From assembly GCA_012959275.1 (NCBI GenBank), contig DUDM01000050.1:9485-73484 (forward strand): a stretch of 64,000 nucleotides of DNA. The letters run 5' to 3'. Shown piece by piece: positions 1 through 7,526 of the stretch. The position numbers and the translations under genes are program-made. Below the pieces are notes generated by a model. It was not told the DNA's origin. It ran no database searches and saw only the letters and a list, made by a program, of their open reading frames with translations. Positions within the stretch are counted from its first letter, which is position 1, and the number at the start of each line of letters is the position of its first letter. Source of the stretch: Candidatus Poseidoniales archaeon. Its GTDB lineage: Archaea; Thermoplasmatota; Poseidoniia; Poseidoniales; Poseidoniaceae.

Positions 1-5
1 GGGGG

Positions 6-44
6 GGCGTATAATATGTATTATACGCCTTTATTTTTATTTTA
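6..44 (+). terminator. Perfect hairpin plus T-rich tract, terminator-like, for a gene lying upstream of the window
   Basis: GGCGTATAATA-TG-TATTATACGCC (6-29, 11-bp perfect stem) is followed by TTTATTTTTATTTT (30-44). Confidence 0.45.
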
Positions 45-196
45 GAAGTTTGAGGACTCCATGAATATCCGCCAATAGGCTTGCAGTCATGCGTTTAACA
101 AGATATCGTTATTGATCAGAGAAAATATTGGCCTTTACCCCCTCCCTGTAGGGGAGAAATTGGAGTTTAGTGCCAGCGAGGATTTCCGATGCTAAA

Positions 197-224
197 GCCC
201 ACGTTGTTTGATAATGAGTGGTGG
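197..224. repeat. Degenerate direct copy of the tRNA-Val 3' end plus trailer
   Basis: GCCCaCGTTGTTTGATaaTGaGTGGTGG (197-224) versus GCCCtCGTTGTTTGATttTGtTGGTGGG (296-323). About 23 of 28 positions match with one 1-nt indel. The second copy contains the tRNA CCA end. Confidence 0.6.
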
Positions 225-274
225 CCTTTGAACCGTCGCGTGTGCACTGTATTGTTGGCTAATGTCCAGCACAC

Positions 275-299
275 GCTGGATTCAATTCTGCCCGAGCCC
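275..299 (+). repeat. Inverted partial copy of the tRNA-Val T-arm and 3' acceptor strand
   Basis: TTCAATTCTGCCCGAGCCC (281-299) versus the reverse complement of 321-339, TTCAATTCTGGCCGAGCCC: 18/19 identical, with a 21-nt spacer. Confidence 0.7.
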
Positions 300-316
300 T
301 CGTTGTTTGATTTTGT

Positions 317-392
317 TGGTGGGCTCGGCCAGAATTGAACTGGCGATCTTTGCCATGTCAAGGCAACGTCATGACCCCTAGACCACGAGCCC
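317..392 (-). tRNA. tRNA-Val (anticodon GAC) with genomically encoded CCA
   Basis: Hand-folded cloverleaf. Acceptor GGGCTCG/CGAGCCC; D-arm GTCT-AGGGGTCA-TGAC; anticodon stem TTGCC/GGCAA with loop TTGACAT; variable loop AGATC; T-arm GCCAG-TTCAATT-CTGGC; discriminator A; CCA. Total 76 nt. Confidence 0.9.
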
Positions 393-415
393 GCTGGTCT
401 AATCGACAGAGCGCG

Positions 416-426
416 TATATTTATTT
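416..426 (-). promoter_or_regulatory. TATA-box-like element upstream of tRNA-Val
   Basis: The minus-strand sequence AAATAAATATA is centred about 29 nt upstream of the tRNA 5' end, which is typical archaeal TATA spacing. Confidence 0.45.
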
Positions 427-458
427 GAATTGGTTAAGCCATTTAGAAATGAAGAGAA

Positions 459-611
459 TTAACCGATGATTTTAGAGATTCTACCCGTACAGCCTTTTTC
501 ACTACATGAGCCAGCCACACGCTTTCTACCATTGCTCATTGTGAAGTGCTCGAGATTGTTAATCGGCCCATAAGTCTTACATTTCAGACAGAATCCTTGA
601 TACTCAGCCAT
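459..611 (-). CDS. Small zinc-ribbon protein (50 aa, DUF5679-like), absent from the ORF track
   Basis: My own translation: MAEYQGFCLKCKTYGPINNLEHFTMSNGRKRVAGSCSEKGCTGRISKIIG*. It has CxxC...CxxxxC pairs and an NGRK core, as in small CxxC proteins of the DUF5679 type. Confidence 0.6.
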   Translation of the reverse strand: MAEYQGFCLKCKTYGPINNLEHFTMSNGRKRVAGSCSEKGCTGRISKIIG

Positions 612-718
612 GCGAATCATTCTCCTCGATTGGACTTTTAGATATGAATACTCCGATATTAATGATTCCTTGAATCACTATGATTAGTTTTTGAAAATAC
701 CAATTCTATAATAGTTAA

Positions 719-1084
719 TTATTCTTCTTCAAGTAGTGTTTCAGCGGGAGGAATATTCAGAGATTTTAGATCAACATTCCTTGTTATGTCGATTTCATCA
801 TCACCAAGACCAAAATTTGTATTTCCTCCACTCCATGAAGTTGTCATATCTTCAACTTCTACATTGTCATCAACAGGGATATCAATATTTGGATTCAAAC
901 TGTATTGAGTAGGGTCTGCTGGGGTTGCTTTAACCCGGTCTGCTACGGGGGGCACAGGTCTCTCTTCAAACTGAGTTGATGTATTGAAAGTACCACATTC
1001 AGGGCAGCGAGACATTCCTGATTTCTGCAAAGTTCCGCATAAAGGACAGGCACTTAGTCCGTCGAAGACGGATAGGAGGTCCAT
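719..1084 (-). CDS. Hypothetical zinc-ribbon protein with an acidic tail
   Basis: CPLCG...CPECG zinc ribbon at the N-terminus and an acidic C-terminus (..LLEEE). The start lies 4 nt downstream of the stop codon of the preceding gene. Confidence 0.6.
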   Translation of the reverse strand: MDLLSVFDGLSACPLCGTLQKSGMSRCPECGTFNTSTQFEERPVPPVADRVKATPADPTQYSLNPNIDIPVDDNVEVEDMTTSWSGGNTNFGLGDDEIDITRNVDLKSLNIPPAETLLEEE

Positions 1085-1088
1085 TGTT

Positions 1089-2885
1089 TCACTCCAAGAA
1101 CATGCTGTCTTGAGGAGCCTCTATTTCATCGCCAGTTTCCTCGTCTTCTATGGTGACTGTATCCTTCTCATCATCGAATGAAATGATGGTTCCGAATATC
1201 TCTTCATCGTCAACTTCAACTCCGACTCTCGAACCAACATCGATGTCATCATCATCGGACTCGTCATCATCATCGGACTCGTCATCGTCGTCATCATCAT
1301 CGGACTCGTCATCGTCGTCATCATCAGACTCGTCATCGTCATCATCATCATCAGACTCGTCATCATCATCAGACTCATCATCGTCGGACTCTTCTTTTTC
1401 ATCATCAGAATCTTCGCCTTCCTTTGAATCTGAGTCATCCTCTGAAGTCTCTTCATCGTCTCCCTCATCGCCTTTTGCTTTGGCTCTCCAGGCTTTCATC
1501 AAGACCAAGTGTGCATAGAGACTTCCACCTAGGCCCGCGAAACCAAGAACCATGAAGAATATCCCATCAGCATAGAATGCGGCAGGCATTGACGATGTCA
1601 AACCATCTCCTGCAAATGGCGTTAGTGAATTTTTGCACTTCCCGTGTAAATCAGGGTCGCACTTAACGGTCTTTTCTTCGAATTCTATGCTACCTCCTGT
1701 CCCATCTACGAATGTACCCATTCCATTTAGTACCCACAGTAATGCGAATACAGCGAATAAAGTGTGCATTATTGGCCAGAAGATATCGTTAGCCTTCTTT
1801 GACATCAATTTCTTGTGAAGGTCGGTGGGGAACTCCTTCTTTGGCTTGGATTCTTCCTTTGGCTTTTCATCCTCCTCAGGCTCTTCTTCTTCGGCTGGAA
1901 CTCCAAATGCTACCATTAACTCGTCAAGAGTAATGACACCATTATCGTCTAGGTCTAATTCTTCCATTACTGCACTGACATCATTTTCATCGATGGTACC
2001 ACCGCCGAATTCTGTCAGGGCTTTAGTCATCTCTTCGCCGTCGATTTCACCATCGTTGTTTACATCCATGTGCTCAAAGGCTTCTTTGACGTCATATCCA
2101 GCATCTTTGAAGTTCTTAACCATACGGGCCAGAGGCGTATCGGGGATTTCTTCTTCCTCAGTAGTCTCTTCAGTTTCTTCTTCAGCATCAGAACTTTCTT
2201 CTTCGCTTGAGTCATCTTCGGTAGAATCTTCTTCCTCAGTAGTCTCTTCAGCTTCTTCTCCTTCAGCATCAGAACTTTCTTCTTCGCTTGAGTCATCTTC
2301 GGTAGAATCTTCTTCCTCAACAGTCTCTTCTTCTTCATCAACCGATTCTTCATCCTCTTCGCTTGAGTCATCCTCAGCAATTTCTTCTGTTTCCTCTTCT
2401 TCAGGTTTAACTTCCTTAGCGGGAGAATTGTCAGTTGGTGCAAATGTAGATTCAAGTTCTGCTAGGTCGATAACGCCGTTTCCATCCTCATCGAGTGCTT
2501 TGACTAGGCGGTCAACTTGAGATTCTGGGAGATCGGCAATATTGAGTGCCAACAGGCCGCTCTTGAACTCGTGTGCTTCGATAACGCCATCTTTATTTTC
2601 ATCGAATCGCTTGAATAAGTCTTCCACCGTTAATCCGGTGGCCGAAAGCCAGTCTCCAAGGATGGAAATGACATCATCTGCTACGAAAACAACGCCACAT
2701 TGAGGGCATGCTTTGCTCTCCAAAGGGACTAATGCGCCACAGGCACCACATTCTCCAAGGCTTGTTTCACTGACTCCAGTAAAGGAGATGCCACAACCCG
2801 GACATTCCTCTGAGTCAACCGGTACTACGGCCCTACATGCGCCGCATTCTGCCATTCCATCGTTCGCATCATCATTTCCAGACAT
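1089..2885 (-). CDS. Membrane protein with a double zinc ribbon, four EF-hands, two TM helices and poly-Asp/Ser tails
   Basis: Two ribbons (CGACRAVVPVDSEECPGCG; CGACGALVPLESKACPQCG). Four canonical EF loops (DENKDGVIEAHE, DEDGNGVIDLAE, DVNNDGEIDGEE, DLDDNGVITLDE). Hydrophobic segments IFWPIMHTLFAVFALLWVLNG and FYADGIFFMVLGFAGLGGSLYAHLVL. Long ESDDDD runs. Confidence 0.8.
   Translation of the reverse strand: MSGNDDANDGMAECGACRAVVPVDSEECPGCGISFTGVSETSLGECGACGALVPLESKACPQCGVVFVADDVISILGDWLSATGLTVEDLFKRFDENKDGVIEAHEFKSGLLALNIADLPESQVDRLVKALDEDGNGVIDLAELESTFAPTDNSPAKEVKPEEEETEEIAEDDSSEEDEESVDEEEETVEEEDSTEDDSSEEESSDAEGEEAEETTEEEDSTEDDSSEEESSDAEEETEETTEEEEIPDTPLARMVKNFKDAGYDVKEAFEHMDVNNDGEIDGEEMTKALTEFGGGTIDENDVSAVMEELDLDDNGVITLDELMVAFGVPAEEEEPEEDEKPKEESKPKKEFPTDLHKKLMSKKANDIFWPIMHTLFAVFALLWVLNGMGTFVDGTGGSIEFEEKTVKCDPDLHGKCKNSLTPFAGDGLTSSMPAAFYADGIFFMVLGFAGLGGSLYAHLVLMKAWRAKAKGDEGDDEETSEDDSDSKEGEDSDDEKEESDDDESDDDDESDDDDDDDESDDDDDDESDDDDDDDESDDDDESDDDDIDVGSRVGVEVDDEEIFGTIISFDDEKDTVTIEDEETGDEIEAPQDSMFLE
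1244..1392. repeat. In-frame degenerate short tandem repeat encoding (ESDDDD)n
   Basis: Repeated gactcgtcatc(a/g)tc(a/g)tcatcatc units of variable length lie inside CDS 1089-2885. Confidence 0.8.
2181..2319. repeat. Two tandem 81-nt (27-aa) coding repeats
   Basis: ttcagcatcagaactttcttcttcgcttgagtcatcttcggtagaatcttcttcctca occurs at 2181 and again at 2262. It encodes EEEDSTEDDSSEEESSDAE. Confidence 0.85.
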
Positions 2886-3018
2886 AGAGAACCCATTCTC
2901 GGCACTTCAATGCACGTTATAATGATATGCGGGTGAAAGTGCAGTAGCAGTCGGAATACTGACCATTCTATTCTTATGGGCGTCATGGTCAAGAGCCGTC
3001 AACAAGGGGCGAGGTATA

Positions 3019-3921
3019 ATGGCGGAGCATCGCAGCGGGATGGGGCTTCTGCCTGAGGTAGGCTCAACCCACCTTTTGGAAGAGGGGATGGAGGCCATGT
3101 TTGAATGGCTAGACTTGGTGAATTCGTCAGGTTATCATTCATTATTACTAACTAGGTTGCCGCCTCGTCGTTTGATTGGCAAAATCGACATCAATACTGT
3201 CGAAGTAGGTTGGTTGACAGAGCGAGACTCTCCGAGTGCTGTTAGTCCAAGCCTTGAGCGTTTGGCGATGAAAATTAGGGAGAGAATCTCTGAGAAGTCA
3301 GGAATAATTGTCTTAGATGGGGTTGAACATTTGATGAGTTTGCATGGTTTTCCGGCACTTTTAACTTTTTTACGTTCGATGTCTGATGATATTTCTGCAA
3401 CTACATGGAGACTTGTTTGTCCAGTTGAGCCAAAGGCGTTCCTGACAACCGAAATCGCCCGTTTAAGACGCGAGGCGCCTGTTTGGAAATTACCTGAGGC
3501 AGCAATTAATGAGGTAATTATTCATGAGGAAGAAGTTGAAGCATCGCAAGAGGTAGTTGAAACAACTTCAGAAGAGGAGGTACATGAAGACGGCTCGGCA
3601 AAATTGAGTCACCTAACTCGCCTACCATCTGCTGGTTTTACTACTGCAATTTTGCGCAGACGGATATTGGCTTGGAGGCGTATGGGCTTCGATGTAAGTG
3701 AGTTGGAACCTGCTCTAAAATATCAGGATATGGAACATGCCTATGCACTATATCGTGTTGTGGAGGAAAAGGTTCGTTTAGCAGTTGAATTAGACCGCCG
3801 CGTAGACTTGTTGATGTCCCGAGGGGATATCTCAAATGCCACAGCATTCCGTTTCAGGATTAGACAGTTAACCGGAATTCGCGAAGTTTGGAATTCCCTC
3901 GATATATTATTGGATGAGTAA
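3019..3921 (+). CDS. DUF835-domain protein
   Basis: Pattern LLLTRLPPRRL...VGWLTE...VSPSLERL...IIVLDGVEHLMSLHGFPALLTFLRSMSD...PVEPKAF matches the archaeal DUF835 consensus (ITR..P, WLT, ISP, LDGLEYL). The start could instead be ATG 3040, because a TATAAT box sits at 3015-3020. Confidence 0.65.
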   Translation: MAEHRSGMGLLPEVGSTHLLEEGMEAMFEWLDLVNSSGYHSLLLTRLPPRRLIGKIDINTVEVGWLTERDSPSAVSPSLERLAMKIRERISEKSGIIVLDGVEHLMSLHGFPALLTFLRSMSDDISATTWRLVCPVEPKAFLTTEIARLRREAPVWKLPEAAINEVIIHEEEVEASQEVVETTSEEEVHEDGSAKLSHLTRLPSAGFTTAILRRRILAWRRMGFDVSELEPALKYQDMEHAYALYRVVEEKVRLAVELDRRVDLLMSRGDISNATAFRFRIRQLTGIREVWNSLDILLDE

Positions 3922-5454
3922 TCACTCAAGGTAAGGGTGAATATTTTCATCCCCAATTCCATTGAGGAAATCATTAGCCAAATCGGCCATTTCACCTGCT
4001 AATGAGCGGTCTCCCTGTAATGGCTCGACCAATGTTCTAACGTGCTTGTAGAGGGCATCTACGCCATCTCCAGCCTTTTCTTGGTGGTGTTCCAACCCTT
4101 CACAAGCGATTATTGCTTCACAGGATAAGATATCTGCTAGCCTTTGGGCGCTTTGGAAGAGATGCCAAGCAGCAGTAGCGCCCATACTAACGTGGTCTTC
4201 TTGATTGGCTGAGGTTGAGAGGCTGAAGGTAGTATGAGGCCCTACGTGGGCGCGAAGGTCAGCAATTGCAGCTACGGCTGCATATTGTACAATCATCATT
4301 CCAGATTCGAGGCCGCTTTCATTGGCTAAGAAGGCAGGAAGTCCACTGCGGTTTGTATCAAGGAGAGTATCCATTCTCCTTTCACTAATGCTGGCAATTT
4401 CATGAACAGCGGCATTCATTGCATCGGCGGTTAGGGCGAGTATTTCTCCATGGAAGTTTCCACCACTAACGACTTCGTGTGGACCAGGATTATTTGGGTC
4501 TGGAAAAACGAGTGGGTTATCAGTTGCAGAATTCAATTCTATTGTTATCACATCACCTAGTCTTTGAAGGACTTCATTAGCGGGTCCATGTACTTGTGGA
4601 GCGCACCGAAATGAGTATGGATCCTGAACTTTATCACAATCTGTATGGGCTTGGTTGATTTCAGAATTCTGCAGGGCTCTTAGAATCCGATTAGCAACAA
4701 GTGCTTGGCCAGGGTGTGGCCTTGCTGCATGTAGGCGTTCATCACTTGGCGCAATGGAACCACTTAATGCCTCGATTGAGGTTGAGAGAATTAGGTCAGC
4801 CAATGGCAAAAGGTCACTTAGGATGGCGTGAGAAATAGTTAGCCATGAAAGGATTTGGCTGGTCCCATTTATCAGAGAAAGACCTTCCTTTGCTTGAAGT
4901 TGAATTGGCTTCAAATCATTATTGACCAATGCTTCTGCGGTATCATAGAATTCCCCGTATTGGTCAATTACACTACCTTCTCCCATGATAGTCAAAGCAA
5001 CATGGGAAAGAGGCGCAAGGTCTCCAGAGGCTCCAAGGGAACCAATTCTGGGAACAACAGGTGTTAGGCCAAGGTTTAGCATGTCGAGAATTCTTTGAAT
5101 AACTTCTATTCTAATACCGCTGTTGCCTCTGCACAATGAGTTCGCTCGAGCACACATCATCGCTCTCACCGGTACAACTTCCATGGCTTCACCTATCCCA
5201 CAGGCATGGCTTCGAATCAGGTTTGCCTGTAAGTCTCCTAGTTTGGAAGAGTCGATTCTAGCATTACAAAGGGCTCCGAATCCAGTGTTGATTCCATAGG
5301 CTACTTCACCTCTATCGATGATTCCTTCAATTGTTTTTGTTGCCGCTTCAATACCTGCTTTTGCAGTTTCAGAAATAATGGCATCAGCAACACCAGTTGC
5401 TACAAGGAGCAGTTCTTCCATACTTAGATTTCTTCCGTCAAGTTCTATTTCCAT
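3922..5454 (-). CDS. hutH: Histidine ammonia-lyase
   Basis: The MIO-forming motif GSLGASGDLAPLSH is present, and the 510-aa length fits the aromatic amino-acid lyase family. Confidence 0.9.
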   Translation of the reverse strand: MEIELDGRNLSMEELLLVATGVADAIISETAKAGIEAATKTIEGIIDRGEVAYGINTGFGALCNARIDSSKLGDLQANLIRSHACGIGEAMEVVPVRAMMCARANSLCRGNSGIRIEVIQRILDMLNLGLTPVVPRIGSLGASGDLAPLSHVALTIMGEGSVIDQYGEFYDTAEALVNNDLKPIQLQAKEGLSLINGTSQILSWLTISHAILSDLLPLADLILSTSIEALSGSIAPSDERLHAARPHPGQALVANRILRALQNSEINQAHTDCDKVQDPYSFRCAPQVHGPANEVLQRLGDVITIELNSATDNPLVFPDPNNPGPHEVVSGGNFHGEILALTADAMNAAVHEIASISERRMDTLLDTNRSGLPAFLANESGLESGMMIVQYAAVAAIADLRAHVGPHTTFSLSTSANQEDHVSMGATAAWHLFQSAQRLADILSCEAIIACEGLEHHQEKAGDGVDALYKHVRTLVEPLQGDRSLAGEMADLANDFLNGIGDENIHPYLE

Positions 5455-5461
5455 ACTTTTT

Positions 5462-5467
5462 CCTCCT
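5462..5467 (-). promoter_or_regulatory. Shine-Dalgarno site (AGGAGG) for hutH
   Basis: AGGAGG lies 7 nt upstream of the ATG and overlaps the hutU stop codon. Confidence 0.6.
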
Positions 5468-7479
5468 TAGAATAAATTTGCGATAATCTCATCATCTACT
5501 AGATTTGGCAGGGTAACTTTGAGCAGTGGTTCCTTCTCCATAGCACGCTTGATTGCAAATATTCCCTCTGGGTTCCTTGCCCATGCACGGCGGGCAATTC
5601 CGTTGTTAACATCCCATGATAACATTGAGTTCAAACGCCTTTCAGAATCTTGACTTCCATCGAGGTACATTCCAAAGCCACCGTTAATCACTTCACCCCA
5701 ACCCACACCTCCGCCATTGTGGATGCTAACCCAAGTTGCCCCTCTAAATGAATCTCCGATGACGTTGTGGATGGCCATGTCAGCACAAAGGTTGGAACCG
5801 TCCTTGATATTGGCAGTTTCACGATATGGGCTATCTGTTCCGGACACATCGTGATGATCTCTCCCCAAAACGATTCCAGCACTAATTTCTCCCTCTTTTA
5901 TTGCTTCATTAAATGCAGAGGCGATTCTCTTTCTCCCTTCCTCATCTGCATAGAGTATTCTTGCTTGACTACCAACAACCATCCGATTCCTTCCCGCGGC
6001 ACTTATCCATTGGATATTGTCCTTTAATTGCTGTTGAATCTCTACTGGAGCCGTTGCTGACATTTCTTCGAGTACCTGCATGGCAATATTATCGGTCATC
6101 TCAAGGTCTTCTTTACTTCCCGAACAACAGACCCATCTAAAGGGTCCAAATCCAAGATCAAAACAGCGTGGACCCATGATGTCCTCAACATAGGATGGGT
6201 GGATAAAATCGCCATTTGCATCACAAATATCTGCACCTGCTCGACTTGCCTCAAGTAAGAATGCATTGCCATAATCCCAGAAATATGTACCCCTTTCTAC
6301 CATGGTATTGACTGCTTTTGCATGCCTTAACAAAGTGGATTGGATTTCTTTTTTGAACCTTGAAGGGTCTTGGGACATCATCAGTTTTGCTTCTTCAAAG
6401 TCAATTCCAGTGGGGAAGTATCCGCCTTGCCATGGATTGTGTAGACTTGTTTGGTCACTGCCTAATTCGACTTGGATATCTCGCTCAACAAGTCTTTCCC
6501 AGAGGTCAACAATATTTCCAACATGGCCGATTGATACTGCTTCACCATTGGCTTTTGCTTCTAACATTCGGTCGATGACTTGGTCGATATCTTCGTAGAG
6601 TTCACTTAACCAACCTTGTTGATGGCGCTTTTTTGCTGCGATTGGGTTAACTTCTGAGATGATACCAACACAACCAGCGATGACCGCTGCCTTGGCTTGA
6701 GCGCCGGACATCCCCCCCAGTCCAGATGTTACGTAGCAGATCCCTGCAAGGCTTGCATCACTTGCTATGCCGAGTTTCATGCGGGCTGCATTGAGCAGTG
6801 TAATAGTTGTTCCATGGACGATTCCTTGTGGTCCGATATACATGTATGAACCTGCAGTCATTTGGCCATATTGGGAAACTCCAAGTGCATTCAGGCGCTC
6901 ATAATCATCTTGAGAACTATAGTTTGGGATGACCATCCCATTGGTGATGACAACCCGAGGAGAGTCTGGATGCGAAGGAAATAGTCCAAGGGGGTGTCCC
7001 GAATACATGACAAGGCTTTGACTCTCAGTCATCTGGCTTAGATATTGCATTACTAAATGGTATTGAATCCAGTTTTGAAATACCGCTCCATTGCCTCCAT
7101 AAGTGATCAATTGATGGGGAAATTGTGCTACTGCGGGGTCAAGATTGTTTTGAATCATCAGCATAATACTCGCTGCTTGTCTGCACTTTGCGGGGTAATT
7201 ATCGATTGGATAGGCTTTCATCTCATACTCTGTTGGTCTAAAGCGCATCATGAAGATGCGTCCAAATGTCTCTAACTCATGCTTGAATTCCGCAGCCAAA
7301 GTTACATGCCATTTTTCAGGAATATATCTCAAAGCATTTCGAATAGCCAATTCCTTATCTCTTGTTGAGAGTATTTGTTTTCTTGCTGGCGCTTGGTCAA
7401 TAGCAGCATCGATAGCCGGATAATCAGGTAATTGCGATGGGATTCCATCCGCTAATCGCATCAACGCCTGCTTGACCAT
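5467..7479 (-). CDS. hutU: Urocanate hydratase
   Basis: Motifs TSGLGGMSGAQAKAA, GPQGIVHGT and DHHDVSGTDSPYRETANI fit the urocanase family. Start placed at ATG 7479 (MVKQAL..) because the longer ORF overlaps fdhA. Confidence 0.88.
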   Translation of the reverse strand: MVKQALMRLADGIPSQLPDYPAIDAAIDQAPARKQILSTRDKELAIRNALRYIPEKWHVTLAAEFKHELETFGRIFMMRFRPTEYEMKAYPIDNYPAKCRQAASIMLMIQNNLDPAVAQFPHQLITYGGNGAVFQNWIQYHLVMQYLSQMTESQSLVMYSGHPLGLFPSHPDSPRVVITNGMVIPNYSSQDDYERLNALGVSQYGQMTAGSYMYIGPQGIVHGTTITLLNAARMKLGIASDASLAGICYVTSGLGGMSGAQAKAAVIAGCVGIISEVNPIAAKKRHQQGWLSELYEDIDQVIDRMLEAKANGEAVSIGHVGNIVDLWERLVERDIQVELGSDQTSLHNPWQGGYFPTGIDFEEAKLMMSQDPSRFKKEIQSTLLRHAKAVNTMVERGTYFWDYGNAFLLEASRAGADICDANGDFIHPSYVEDIMGPRCFDLGFGPFRWVCCSGSKEDLEMTDNIAMQVLEEMSATAPVEIQQQLKDNIQWISAAGRNRMVVGSQARILYADEEGRKRIASAFNEAIKEGEISAGIVLGRDHHDVSGTDSPYRETANIKDGSNLCADMAIHNVIGDSFRGATWVSIHNGGGVGWGEVINGGFGMYLDGSQDSERRLNSMLSWDVNNGIARRAWARNPEGIFAIKRAMEKEPLLKVTLPNLVDDEIIANLF

Positions 7480-7526
7480 GGTGGCTTGCGCTGGGCATCC
7501 TTCTCTTATCAATTGCCACCAACGAT

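Noticed and set aside
165-300. Possible second tRNA, or an intron-containing or split tRNA, next to tRNA-Val
   Set aside because: I tried to fold both strands. Only a T-arm/acceptor 3' fragment is present. There is no matching 5' acceptor strand, D-arm or anticodon arm, so it is reported as a repeat and not as a gene.
167-361. 64-aa minus-strand ORF from the track
   Set aside because: It overlaps tRNA-Val and its repeat-rich trailer. It has no coding signature and is best explained as a chance ORF over structured non-coding DNA.
1-720. Integrated mobile element at the tRNA locus
   Set aside because: There is no integrase, transposase or phage-like gene on either side within the window. Only the repeat scar is visible, and the left flank is truncated by the window edge.
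1148-2520. ORFs 1148-1468(-), 1150-1518(+), 1825-2520(+) and 2060-2455(-)
   Set aside because: They are alternative-frame or antisense readings of the GA/TC-rich acidic repeats of CDS 1089-2885. They give Ser-, Met/Thr- or Lys-rich low-complexity strings with no independent support.
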